IMG/VR virus record: IMGVR_UViG_3300022804_000001
DNA length: 64,000 nt
Source of the DNA: a virus
Direction: 5' to 3' (one strand)
Shown: piece after piece, positions 1 through 8,635 of the stretch
Layout: every line of letters starts with the position of its first letter
How positions within the stretch are numbered: position 1 is the first letter of the stretch
Translations under genes and position numbers: made by a program
Notes under the pieces: generated by a model
The model's input: the letters and a program-made list of their open reading frames with translations, nothing else
The model's database searches: none
Told to the model about the DNA's origin: nothing

Positions 1-167
1 ACACAGCACACCACAAAAGGTATAATAATAGATTAGTCTATTACACAAGAAATACGCAATACACAAAATAAGAAATATGGACACAACAAGACCAGTTCAG
101 ACCCGTCAAGTCCATAATTCTGAATAAACATCTATTAAACAGCCGTAAAATAAAATATAATGGTAGT

Positions 168-425
168 ATGTCAAGATCAGTAAAAATATCTTTCCCAGAT
201 ACAACTTATGATAAAACTATAAAATTCGCTGAACACATCGACTGTGTTTCAAGAACAGAGAACCCACAACCATCCGATGCAGTCAGGAAAGCTTTTCGCA
301 TAATACTCAGATATTATGGAGATGATAAATTTCAAGAGTGTTTGGAGAAGGAAGGAATAGATACACTCGCTTTCATTCAGAAGTGCGTCAATAGAGGGAT
401 AAAAGAAAGTTTAGGTGAAACCTAA
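168..425 (+). CDS. small hypothetical protein, possible ribbon-helix-helix DNA-binding fold
   Basis: 85-aa ATG ORF. N-terminus SVKISFPDTTYDKTIKFAE has the strand-helix pattern of RHH proteins. TATAAT at 156-161 lies 6 nt before the ATG (possibly leaderless). No clear SD. Confidence 0.4.
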   Translation: MSRSVKISFPDTTYDKTIKFAEHIDCVSRTENPQPSDAVRKAFRIILRYYGDDKFQECLEKEGIDTLAFIQKCVNRGIKESLGET

Positions 426-430
426 AAGGA

Positions 431-469
431 TGGGAAAAGAAAAAGGCAGATAACCGAAGTTACCTGCCT
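431..469 (-). terminator. intrinsic terminator for the leftward gene 493-2067
   Basis: Hairpin 444-469 (AGGCAGATAAC / GTTACCTGCCT, loop CGAA, one mismatch), followed on the minus strand by the T-rich run TTTTTCTTTTCCC (443-431). It lies between convergent genes. Confidence 0.6.
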
Positions 470-492
470 AAACAGTGAAACGCAATCTGGAC

Positions 493-2067
493 CTACTCAG
501 GATCCGGAAAACCGTCATGAGAACCGCCGCGCGTTTCACAGGAATTGTTGTTGTTCGGATTATAGTGGTTCCCACACCAAGGACAGTAGTAACGCGACGA
601 CGTGCTTGACGTTGTACTACTACTCCCCACTGTCACCGTATAACTCGGCTCAACAATAGAACCATCCGACAATTGCGTATAAGCCGTGATAACATGATCA
701 CCCGACGCATAAGAAGGAATACTCCAACTGAACGACGCACTCGTGCTACTCCCATTCCCAGTGTCTGTCTGTTTCAGCAAACCTAAACCATCAATACCAG
801 GACCCGCAATATACCAATAAACATACTGATAACCAGACGGAACACTCACACCCGCAGTATGCGTACCCCCCGATGAAGCTGTATAACTACTACCAGAAGA
901 TGGGGATAAAGAAGCAGAGCCCGGCGTCGAAACCTTGGGCGTTGATGGGGTCGGCGTGGAGGGTGTTGATGGGGTTTGTGCCGTGCTGTCATACCCTCCA
1001 CGTGTCGTGCATTTTTTATTTGGGCATACATTACTTGAGCTGCATTGATAATACCACTCTTTACAAGGCATCATTGACTTTGTAAACCCGTAATACCATT
1101 GACCCGGACATTTCTTTATGTGAGATGCGATCGTCACTAAAGGTCGAGCATAAAACGGACTACCAGGTTCACTTTTTACTCGCGGACCATTGATCCCTGA
1201 CCCCCAAAGATATTCACGCGGACCTTTTTTACCGCAGCCTCCACGACATAAAACAAGTTTATGTGTTTCATATTCAGGGCAGTCTGGGTTTGAATCATTT
1301 GGACAATTCCAATACGTCCTATTATTGCAAGGAGACTCACTACAAGTCTCCAAATGCCCTTTATATCCGCCTGCTGATCCACCTTCAGATAAAGTCACGA
1401 TGTTATCAAGGCCATACTTAGAAGCACTGTAGACCGTGCTACACTTGGAATTACTACACTTCACCGATAGATTAGTATCAACGCCAATTTCATCCGATAG
1501 TATTTTACCTTTCTTTGTCGGTGTCATGTCATCTGATTTCGTTGTCGGTGAGTTCCATTTAGATTTATTATACGCATCCACATGAGCAATATAATGATCA
1601 TAGGCACTATCAACCAACTTAAACTGTGCAGCAACATCAACTTTTTTCTTCTGAATTTCAATCGTCTTTCCTATCAATGCTTTCTTCAAATCGAGATCGT
1701 CGGAAGCAGTAATTACTATTATCGACGCGTTCGTAGCTGTATCTTTAATGCTTCCCCATATAGCAAAATCCGTGGGAATCGCGTCACTTGCTAACTTGGC
1801 CGCCTCTTTTCTCATTGTAGACTTATTAGAATTGTACGAAACAGTTAATGCAGCACGTTCTGCTTCTAACACAATTAGATCGGCATAATAGATTATATAG
1901 TCATCTTTTTCAGTATCAAATTTACCATAAGCATCGTTCGCCCAATACACCGTATCGTTTACGCCTTTCTCAATATCATGAGAAAAGGATATTATCGGAC
2001 ATACGAAAAAAATAAATCCGAAAATAAAAAGAGTTTCGAAAAACCTGACAAACAATTTATTTTTCAT
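493..2067 (-). CDS. exported cysteine-rich protein with Pro/Thr/Ser linkers
   Basis: 524-aa ORF. Hydrophobic N-terminal signal/anchor (LFIFGFIFFVCPIISFS). More than 20 Cys clustered in the middle third. TPSTPSTPTPSTPKVSTP linker and Ser/Thr tracts. C-terminal CPWC motif. Confidence 0.7.
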   Translation of the reverse strand: MKNKLFVRFFETLFIFGFIFFVCPIISFSHDIEKGVNDTVYWANDAYGKFDTEKDDYIIYYADLIVLEAERAALTVSYNSNKSTMRKEAAKLASDAIPTDFAIWGSIKDTATNASIIVITASDDLDLKKALIGKTIEIQKKKVDVAAQFKLVDSAYDHYIAHVDAYNKSKWNSPTTKSDDMTPTKKGKILSDEIGVDTNLSVKCSNSKCSTVYSASKYGLDNIVTLSEGGSAGGYKGHLETCSESPCNNRTYWNCPNDSNPDCPEYETHKLVLCRGGCGKKGPREYLWGSGINGPRVKSEPGSPFYARPLVTIASHIKKCPGQWYYGFTKSMMPCKEWYYQCSSSNVCPNKKCTTRGGYDSTAQTPSTPSTPTPSTPKVSTPGSASLSPSSGSSYTASSGGTHTAGVSVPSGYQYVYWYIAGPGIDGLGLLKQTDTGNGSSTSASFSWSIPSYASGDHVITAYTQLSDGSIVEPSYTVTVGSSSTTSSTSSRYYCPWCGNHYNPNNNNSCETRGGSHDGFPDPE

Positions 2068-2081
2068 TATTCAAACCCCTT

Positions 2082-2747
2082 TTAGCGAGACATCTCATGA
2101 AATTCTGCTATTAATGCCCTTGCTTCCGCAAGTGTCAACGAACCATCTACAATCCCTGGAACAATATCGGCTAACGCCCCTGCTGCTTTTCTTTTCTGAC
2201 GCACCAAGATGATAGCCGACATTTTGATCCCCGCAGGAGGTGAGCTTTTATACATAGTATCAGCTTTCAATGTATAATACATCTCGCGTTCTTCAAAGGT
2301 GAGCGGGCGATTGTAGTGAAACTTCTTTCCATTGCTGCCCGAAGTATAAAATGGAGGAATATCGTCAGGATCAATATCCGCTGGCAGTTGTGGTAGTTGT
2401 GTAATATCCACCTCCCCTGCGACAGACAAATCCGGTGTGACAGGTTTAGACTGCGTGGTATCATCAGACACCTCAACAGGCTCAGGCGTTCCCTCCTGCC
2501 ACACATCAGGTGCGTCAATAGGCACTTCATGCCAATGGTCACCATGCAGCACCATCTTGAAGCCGTTTCTCGCGAGTGGCGGTTGTTTAGTTTTCTGCTT
2601 ATTCTGCTCTTCCAACAGTCTATTCGATTCAGCTAACTCTTCTTTGAGTTTCTGAAATTCAGCGCGTTCTTTCATAAACAAGAACACACCGGTAATACCA
2701 AGTAATAGAATGAGGGTAGCGATCCCCCAATACTTCTTATTTCTCAT
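2082..2747 (-). CDS. membrane-anchored protein with histidine-triad (HxxHxH) motif
   Basis: 221-aa ORF with AAGGAG RBS. N-terminal TM (WGIATLILLLGITGVFLF), then a coiled-coil segment. FKMVLHGDHWHEVPI matches the HGDH[YW]H..P histidine-triad signature of Pht-type zinc-binding surface proteins. Confidence 0.7.
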   Translation of the reverse strand: MRNKKYWGIATLILLLGITGVFLFMKERAEFQKLKEELAESNRLLEEQNKQKTKQPPLARNGFKMVLHGDHWHEVPIDAPDVWQEGTPEPVEVSDDTTQSKPVTPDLSVAGEVDITQLPQLPADIDPDDIPPFYTSGSNGKKFHYNRPLTFEEREMYYTLKADTMYKSSPPAGIKMSAIILVRQKRKAAGALADIVPGIVDGSLTLAEARALIAEFHEMSR

Positions 2748-3009
2748 GAGTTTTACTCCTTAAAATAAAAGAGTTATCCCTATACTTGCGTTAAGCAAGC
2801 AGGGTCTGTTTGTATACAATTATTGTAGTAATAGAGAGGACTTTGTAGTCTTGTCTCATATTGTGCTTCCTTAATATAACGAAGCAGGTTAATTATTTAG
2901 ACAGACTACAGAGATTCGAAAGGAAAGAGTATATATTATGCAATCTCTGTAGAGGTCGCTGGTCTCTATTACAAGTGACACAAGTGTCAGTAAGTGTTAT
3001 TATAGACAC

Positions 3010-3133
3010 CAGCGCTGTCAGGTCTGGTCTGGCAGTGCTGCGCATCGACGGTGTTAATTAGTAGTCACACTGTCGGTGCTACGCATCGACGGTGATCCCA
3101 TCACTGTCGGTGCGTTCTTAAAGCACCTCCGAC
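3010..3133 (+). promoter_or_regulatory. multi-hairpin structured RNA element (attenuator-like or ncRNA)
   Basis: Hairpin 3010-3021/3029-3040. Four 12-nt segments follow: S1 3042-3053, S2 3068-3079, S3 3083-3094, S4 3102-3113. S1:S2, S2:S3 and S3:S4 can all pair. Every non-Watson-Crick pair is G-T in the plus sense only. Confidence 0.5.
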
Positions 3134-3336
3134 GTAATCCACGCAACTCGTGAATTTCTAACATCTAATATGTATTGTAGAAAAAGTATTAAAAATAGTC
3201 AATACATTCCACAATTTACAAGGATTATACACTATTTCCATTTTTTACACAAGTTTTTTTGTAAATTTATATGAATTTGTGTTATATTATATAATATTTT
3301 AAGGCAAATATATGACAACAATTAAGGAGACTTATT

Positions 3337-3540
3337 TTGCCCCGTCTAAATACGAAAAAAATTGTTAAAGCATGTCAACGATCTTTTGCAGGTAACTCAG
3401 ACGAGGAAATATCAAAAGAACTGGATGTGCATCCCGCAACCATTAGCCGTTGGCGACAACTCCCTTTATGGAAACAAGTAGAAGAAAGTTTAATTGAGAA
3501 AGCAATTGATCAATATTCCGCAACGGAGGATGTGGAATAG
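3337..3540 (+). CDS. small helix-turn-helix DNA-binding protein
   Basis: 67-aa ORF with TTG start preceded by AAGGAG (3323-3328). SDEEISKELDVHPATISRWRQ is a typical HTH segment. Confidence 0.6.
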   Translation: MPRLNTKKIVKACQRSFAGNSDEEISKELDVHPATISRWRQLPLWKQVEESLIEKAIDQYSATEDVE

Positions 3541-3567
3541 TAAACACAATCAATCATCAAAAGTATT

Positions 3568-4074
3568 ATGTCAAGACGCAAAACACCCAGACTTTATGGT
3601 ATCGGCTGTAAGTTCATATTCCCCGGTGCGGTTATTTTAGATGGTCGTCTTAAACCTGACAGACCCAGAGTTGTCGGGGTTGTCCGGTGGTGTCCTCTCA
3701 ATGCCGGTTATGTTTTATGTCCATTTGTAAAACGTGCTTTTGTTTTTCGGACATCTTTTCCGCAATATTTCAAATCTCCACAGCGTGCGTGGGAGTGGTT
3801 AACACATCACACAACAGACTGGACTTATGGGAAATATCAAACATCGTGGCGACCGCTCACCGAACCTGTTTTACGAAATCGGAAAAGAATTCGATTTTTG
3901 ACAGACATTAGGTTGCGTCGAACTTTAGGTCAATTGCTTTTAGCGGGGATCTGTGCGTTTTGGAAACCAGAAAGTATGCTATTGGGTGTGCTTGTAAAGG
4001 TAGGGACAGTTGGGCTGGTATTGAGTGCTGCTTTAGATACATTTTGTTTATGGACAGATTATTTCAAGAAGTAG
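3568..4074 (+). CDS. hypothetical basic protein with C-terminal hydrophobic segments
   Basis: 168-aa ATG ORF. No obvious SD. Arg/Trp-rich with a C-terminal TM-like stretch (LLLAGICAFW...VGLVLSAAL). Confidence 0.4.
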   Translation: MSRRKTPRLYGIGCKFIFPGAVILDGRLKPDRPRVVGVVRWCPLNAGYVLCPFVKRAFVFRTSFPQYFKSPQRAWEWLTHHTTDWTYGKYQTSWRPLTEPVLRNRKRIRFLTDIRLRRTLGQLLLAGICAFWKPESMLLGVLVKVGTVGLVLSAALDTFCLWTDYFKK

Positions 4075-4242
4075 TATAACAATATGATATTCCATTTTTT
4101 ACAAAAAAATCGTTGGCATAAGAGTGTTAAATTGTTAGGATATTCCACGGATTTAATAGATTATATACAAGTTGGCACTTAAGAAATGAAATATCTCGTA
4201 AAAAATGAGAGTATATTGGAGGAAAGAGAGGAAGATTGCGCC

Positions 4243-4410
4243 CTGGAATGACCCCGAATAAAAAGCCGTTTGTGGACGCTCGCCAAGTGACCCATATGGT
4301 ATATTCAGAGATCAATCAGTCTCAGAAAGTGTAATACACTTTTTACTTACTTACAAGAGAGTAAGACTCAAAATCCCCTTTACTATATAACTGGAGAATG
4401 ACCCCAAGTA
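4243..4410. repeat. direct repeat pair CTGGA(GA)ATGACCCC(G/A)A(A/G)TAAA
   Basis: Copies at 4243-4260 and 4391-4410 share the 10-mer GAATGACCCC plus flanks. They lie in the non-coding region upstream of the Rep-like gene. Confidence 0.5.
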
Positions 4411-4463
4411 AAGATGTTTTTGAATCCAAAAAGGACTTAATGACTTAAGGACTTTTTGTAAAA

Positions 4464-4574
4464 GTTTGTCAAATGTTTAAGGATTTTTAATGAATAAAAA
4501 CCTAAATGTCCCAGTGTAGTAAGTTTGAAACTGATAGTATTTTATCAAATTTTGTTAATGTTTGTCAAATGTTT
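4464..4574. repeat. direct repeat pair GTTTGTCAAATGTTT
   Basis: Exact 15-mer at 4464-4478 and 4560-4574. Both copies are followed by TAATGAATAAAA (about 4489-4500 and 4605-4616). Candidate operator or iteron sites. Confidence 0.55.
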
Positions 4575-4606
4575 TTTGTAAAAAACTTAATTTTAGGAGA
4601 ATTCTA

Positions 4607-5593
4607 ATGAATAAAACTGTAAATAACGGTATAATCGATTCAAATTCATCTTCTCAACTCCCTTTATTCTCCCCAAATTCTGATCATTTAGACGACTCTA
4701 AAATCCAAGAATCGACGATGCAGGTGCCGTGTGGTGCTTTTAGCATATTCGATTTATCGTGTCATCGTTTGAATGAGTTTGATCGTGCTGTTTACTGGAT
4801 GATCAATGAGCATAGCAATTGGGATACCGGTATATCTCACGGTTTACCGTATCGTGTTTTGACAGATTTATTGAATGTGAATCATTCATCGCAAGTGAAG
4901 CGTGCTGTTCGTCATTTGATTGATGCGGGTTTTTTAGAGATTGTGGGTAATCGTCTGAGTGATGGAGCGAATATTTATCGTGTTATTCACCACAAGTGTT
5001 TACCGGATGAAGTTCCATTAGATAAAGATAATCGTCCTTTGAAGTGTGCTGTTCCTCGTGGTAAGGGTTCTGGATCATCGTTATTATCTAAGGGTGAGAT
5101 TAGTTGGCGTGAGTTTGTGCAGTGGATGGTCAATAAAGTTTCATCGGACTGGAGTACGGGTGAAGTTCTGATGACGGTTAATATGGCGAATGATCGTCTT
5201 AGGCTGAGTGGTCAAACGATATGTAATTCATTTAGGAGTTTGGAAGCGTCTGGTTTATTGGAGCGTATTTCAGCCAAGTTTCGTGCGAGTATTTTCCGTA
5301 TTTTCCCTAAGCCGTATCCAAAGCGTAAGGATCGTGCGGAGGATAAGGGAAAAAAGCCTTTGCCGAGGATAGGTGATTGGTATTATAGTTATAATAGGCG
5401 TTGGTGTTTTCATAAGGACAATTTTCATGTATTGAGGAAGGATGAGTTTGGGAAGTGGCGGGATAGTAGTATGCAGGAGTTGTATAAGGTTAATGTTACG
5501 ATCCACTGTGATTTTAATGATTATATGTCAGCCTATGCTTCGGAAGAGTTTTCTGATGCTCTTAGCGACTTGAGATTAGCCTTATTGAATTAA
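4607..5593 (+). CDS. putative replication-initiator-like protein with two winged-helix segments
   Basis: ATG at 4607 follows AGGAGA (4595-4600); the track start at 4562 is TTG. VKRAVRHLIDAGFLEIVGNR and FRSLEASGLLERISAK resemble wHTH recognition regions of Rep/DnaD-type initiators. Repeats lie upstream and an AT-rich region downstream. Confidence 0.55.
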   Translation: MNKTVNNGIIDSNSSSQLPLFSPNSDHLDDSKIQESTMQVPCGAFSIFDLSCHRLNEFDRAVYWMINEHSNWDTGISHGLPYRVLTDLLNVNHSSQVKRAVRHLIDAGFLEIVGNRLSDGANIYRVIHHKCLPDEVPLDKDNRPLKCAVPRGKGSGSSLLSKGEISWREFVQWMVNKVSSDWSTGEVLMTVNMANDRLRLSGQTICNSFRSLEASGLLERISAKFRASIFRIFPKPYPKRKDRAEDKGKKPLPRIGDWYYSYNRRWCFHKDNFHVLRKDEFGKWRDSSMQELYKVNVTIHCDFNDYMSAYASEEFSDALSDLRLALLN

Positions 5594-5942
5594 AATTTGT
5601 TCCGCGCGTGCTAATTGAAATTGGTTAACCAAGAATTGGTACGTGAAAAAAGTAAAAAATTATGGCTTATGAATCCAGTGTTCATCAATGTTCATGGAAA
5701 ATCAAGAAAAAGGTTGGTAGCATAACCACAATGCCACATGTGATTTATAAAGATTGCAGGGTAACATATATTGTTTACTTAAATTGTGTTTTATTGGTTG
5801 GCATTAAAGGTGTTTGGAATTAGAGCGTACCTTCCTTAATTTCACTGGATTTAATAAGTTTTCAGATTTTAATCTTCATTATTTTTTCCTAAAAAATGAA
5901 GTATTACGTTTTTGTTTTAAAAATTAATTTGGAGTAAACATT

Positions 5943-6248
5943 TTGATATATTCCCAAGAAGCTTTGAATCTGATGGCGGATGACTTGTATGATCTTTTGT
6001 CTGGTGATGATGGTATAGCCCCTGAATATAATGTTGGAAATGAGGATCTTATTGCGGTTGACACGGTATACAAGCGTGTCAGAGAGATTCCATCGGAATC
6101 TGGGAAGCGTCTCAAGTATATTGATGAGTTTACTTTTCATATTCTGTTGGGTATTCTTTCGGAACGCAATAAAGTTGAGCTGCGTTCTGCGCATGGTCGG
6201 GGTGTTGGTTATTTTTTTCTGCTTAGGGTGATTGAGGAATCTGAATAA
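5943..6248 (+). CDS. hypothetical protein
   Basis: 101-aa ORF with TTG start 8 nt after GGAG (5931-5934). An alternative ATG lies at 5973. Confidence 0.4.
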   Translation: MIYSQEALNLMADDLYDLLSGDDGIAPEYNVGNEDLIAVDTVYKRVREIPSESGKRLKYIDEFTFHILLGILSERNKVELRSAHGRGVGYFFLLRVIEESE

Positions 6249-6255
6249 TATAGGA

Positions 6256-6278
6256 CAGGGGCGTGGCAACACTCCCTG
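6256..6278 (+). promoter_or_regulatory. GNRA-loop hairpin + TCCCTGATA element (class II, copy 1)
   Basis: CAGGGG(C)GTG-GCAA-CAC-TCCCTG, then ATATATCTTT and the ATG at 6289. No SD for the downstream gene. Confidence 0.6.
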
Positions 6279-6288
6279 ATATATCTTT

Positions 6289-6603
6289 ATGCCTGCAAAA
6301 TGTCAACGTTTACTAACTTATGATGGTAAAAAGAAACTGGGATACATATTTACTGATGGGTGTGTTCCCTTGATACAACAAACCCCGGTTAATGCGAGCT
6401 TACGCGGTTCACTTGAAAGTGTGTTCCTTGTTGACTGGAATGCATTAACAGAAGAACAGCAAGACGCAGTAATTCACTATATGATGGATAAATTTGATGA
6501 AGGAATTCCTGACCAAATTAGAATGGAGATTTCAGATAAAGGTCACTTTCCAATTCGTGATAAGTATATCATTGAAAGTTACGACATGCGTTATTTAATG
6601 TAG
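6289..6603 (+). CDS. hypothetical protein
   Basis: 104-aa ATG ORF directly after the class II hairpin. Confidence 0.6.
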   Translation: MPAKCQRLLTYDGKKKLGYIFTDGCVPLIQQTPVNASLRGSLESVFLVDWNALTEEQQDAVIHYMMDKFDEGIPDQIRMEISDKGHFPIRDKYIIESYDMRYLM

Positions 6604-6659
6604 CTGAAATTAGCACTCCGCTACACAGTCGTCAATCTGAATGAGTATTGGAGATATTC

Positions 6660-7010
6660 ATGCAATCACATGACACACAAACGATTCTTTCACATGTGCC
6701 AAAAGACGCAAAGGCAGTTGCGTTTTGTGTAACAGCGTCTGACAACATTCCAAAGTTTATAGATTTGGTTGTTGATAAGATGAGCAACGAGGATCTTGGA
6801 TATCAACGTGCTATTCTTGTTTATGAAAATACCATTCCTCGTTCTCAAGGGGAAAACATTCTAATATCCATCGTGAAGAAGCTCAAAAAGCGTCCGCAGG
6901 GAAATCGAGACATCCACATTCATGCCCAGACAGCAAGTCGAGATGAAATCAGTGAGATAGTCCAAAGATGCAAACAGACCGATCAAATAATGATTTGGAG
7001 AAACGATTAA
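6660..7010 (+). CDS. hypothetical protein
   Basis: ATG at 6660 lies 6 nt after GGAG (6650-6653); the track start at 6648 is TTG. Confidence 0.6.
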   Translation: MQSHDTQTILSHVPKDAKAVAFCVTASDNIPKFIDLVVDKMSNEDLGYQRAILVYENTIPRSQGENILISIVKKLKKRPQGNRDIHIHAQTASRDEISEIVQRCKQTDQIMIWRND

Positions 7011-7055
7011 AGTATCTTGCTAAGCGGTCTTATCGGAAAATATGTAAGGAGACAC

Positions 7056-7649
7056 ATGAACAAACGCAAACGTAGAAATAAAAGAATTGAACCACCCAAC
7101 GCTAAAATCACGCGCACTTCAGAACCCAAATCTGCGACATTCGCTACTTATGTAATGGACGCTATAAGTATCGTTGAATATCATCCTGATGACAAAGCAC
7201 AAGACCCGGCAACCCAAGTCCACGTTCTCATGCGGATAAAAGACTATGATGAGGCTGTTTTTGCATTGCGATTCAAAAAACCTGAGATACTCGGTTTCTT
7301 TATAGAAGAGCTTATTGCATTTAGGAAGCATGTCTGGGCAGATGCGGAATCTGTCAACCCGGATGTTGTTATTACAGATGACCAGTTCTCGAGTAATGAT
7401 TTGCTTGATAATCTTGAGGAAGAGGTTACGATATTATCTGAAGGGTATTATCGTTGTTCTGATTGTAATCGGATAGCATTCCTGATGTCTGACGGTAGCA
7501 CGATGACGACCTTTGATGAGCACTTACGTTTTATGGATAAACACAGCATTCCGGATGGGTTTGAAACTGAAAATCTACCACTCAACATCTGTCCGGCTTG
7601 TGATGAGTCCATCCCAAAGAGGTTAAACAATCATAATGGACAATCTTGA
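7056..7649 (+). CDS. hypothetical protein with basic N-terminus and C-terminal zinc-ribbon-like CxxC pairs
   Basis: ATG at 7056 follows AAGGAG (7046-7051). N-terminus MNKRKRRNKR. CSDCNR ... CPACDE motifs near the C-terminus. Confidence 0.6.
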   Translation: MNKRKRRNKRIEPPNAKITRTSEPKSATFATYVMDAISIVEYHPDDKAQDPATQVHVLMRIKDYDEAVFALRFKKPEILGFFIEELIAFRKHVWADAESVNPDVVITDDQFSSNDLLDNLEEEVTILSEGYYRCSDCNRIAFLMSDGSTMTTFDEHLRFMDKHSIPDGFETENLPLNICPACDESIPKRLNNHNGQS

Positions 7650-7857
7650 TCTTGAAAAGTTGTTTGATCCAGTTCTGGTGCAGATCTATAACATGGAAGT
7701 ATCGGAATACGGGAAACCGTTTGTTGTGTGTCGCGACCATTTGGAAAAGTTGGAAAATCGGTTGCGAAAAAATACGGAAGGCATTTGTCAGGTTTCTATC
7801 ATCGCATTATTCCCGCTCAATCAAGTTTGCCAAGAGTGCGATGAGGACAATGTATAA
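7636..7857 (+). CDS. hypothetical small protein (CxxC near C-terminus)
   Basis: 73-aa ATG ORF overlapping the previous stop by 14 nt. Preferred over the overlapping 7646-7897 frame. Confidence 0.5.
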   Translation: MDNLDLEKLFDPVLVQIYNMEVSEYGKPFVVCRDHLEKLENRLRKNTEGICQVSIIALFPLNQVCQECDEDNV

Positions 7858-7872
7858 GGAGAGAATAAGCCA

Positions 7873-8079
7873 ATGCGATGGGTCACAGAAGAAATGAAGA
7901 AAAAGTTTGTAAGCCTACATAATGAGGGAAAAACCAACACAGAAATCGCCGAAATAACAGGTTACCACCGCGTTACCGTTGGAAAACATCTTATCGAACT
8001 TGTCGGATACCAAATAGAGCCAAAAAACTGGAAGGAATTCCGACTTCAACTCGAAAGAGACAGGAAAGCAAAAGAATAG
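7873..8079 (+). CDS. small helix-turn-helix protein
   Basis: 68-aa ORF with AAGGAG RBS. KTNTEIAEITGYHRVTVGKHL is a typical HTH. It is the last gene of this rightward cluster. Confidence 0.65.
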   Translation: MRWVTEEMKKKFVSLHNEGKTNTEIAEITGYHRVTVGKHLIELVGYQIEPKNWKEFRLQLERDRKAKE

Positions 8080-8169
8080 TATTCATGTTAGTATTTCTCC
8101 TGTTCATAGTTGTAATAATCGGTCTATGTGTTATTTTTATTCGGAGCATTTAGGGTTTAATATCGGTAA

Positions 8170-8418
8170 TCAACTTGGTTTTGATTCTTTTTTTATTTTT
8201 TCTATTTCAGATAGGATTGTAAGTAATATCTCCTCAGCATCTTCTCTGCTTGTTTTTTTGGGGTCTATGACGATTTCATCTAAGAGTTCTTCTCCTGTTA
8301 TTAGGTTCTTGCACTTTACTTGAACGCCAAACTGCGATTTTTCATAGTATGTAAATTGGTCTCCTAAACAGATTATATTTGCTGTCGTCTGAATGTTTTT
8401 ATCTGCTAAATAGTCCAT
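8170..8418 (-). CDS. hypothetical soluble small protein
   Basis: 82-aa ORF from the internal ATG (8416-8418) of the 148-aa track ORF, whose own start is TTG. It begins 10 nt after the stop of 8429-8635. No SD. Confidence 0.4.
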   Translation of the reverse strand: MDYLADKNIQTTANIICLGDQFTYYEKSQFGVQVKCKNLITGEELLDEIVIDPKKTSREDAEEILLTILSEIEKIKKESKPS

Positions 8419-8428
8419 TGAGTTTATA

Positions 8429-8635
8429 TTATTCAAATATATAGAAAATCCAAAGTAAAACTGAAGCGGGGACAGCATACTTTCCGATAATACCGTGAAT
8501 AGAAAAAAAGAGAATACCACCAAAATAAACCATCCCAATAGTAAGAGCAAGTTTGTATGCCACAGGTTTATCAGGCATAATTGCAAATATAAATATACCG
8601 GTAATTGCTGAAGCAAGTATTGTGTTTTCTATCAT
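8429..8635 (-). CDS. small two-TM membrane protein
   Basis: 68-aa ATG ORF with two hydrophobic helices. It is the first gene of a short leftward unit divergent from the early genes. Confidence 0.5.
   Translation of the reverse strand: MIENTILASAITGIFIFAIMPDKPVAYKLALTIGMVYFGGILFFSIHGIIGKYAVPASVLLWIFYIFE

Noticed and set aside
2861-3061. 66-aa ORF covering the first half of the multi-hairpin region
   Set aside because: It has a non-ATG start and no SD. The strand-specific G-T pairing pattern explains the sequence conservation better than coding does.
8170-8616. Full-length 148-aa version of the leftward ORF
   Set aside because: It needs a TTG start without an RBS. Its N-terminal 66 codons overlap the ATG-initiated 68-aa membrane ORF in another frame. 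Only the distal 82 codons look like a soluble protein.
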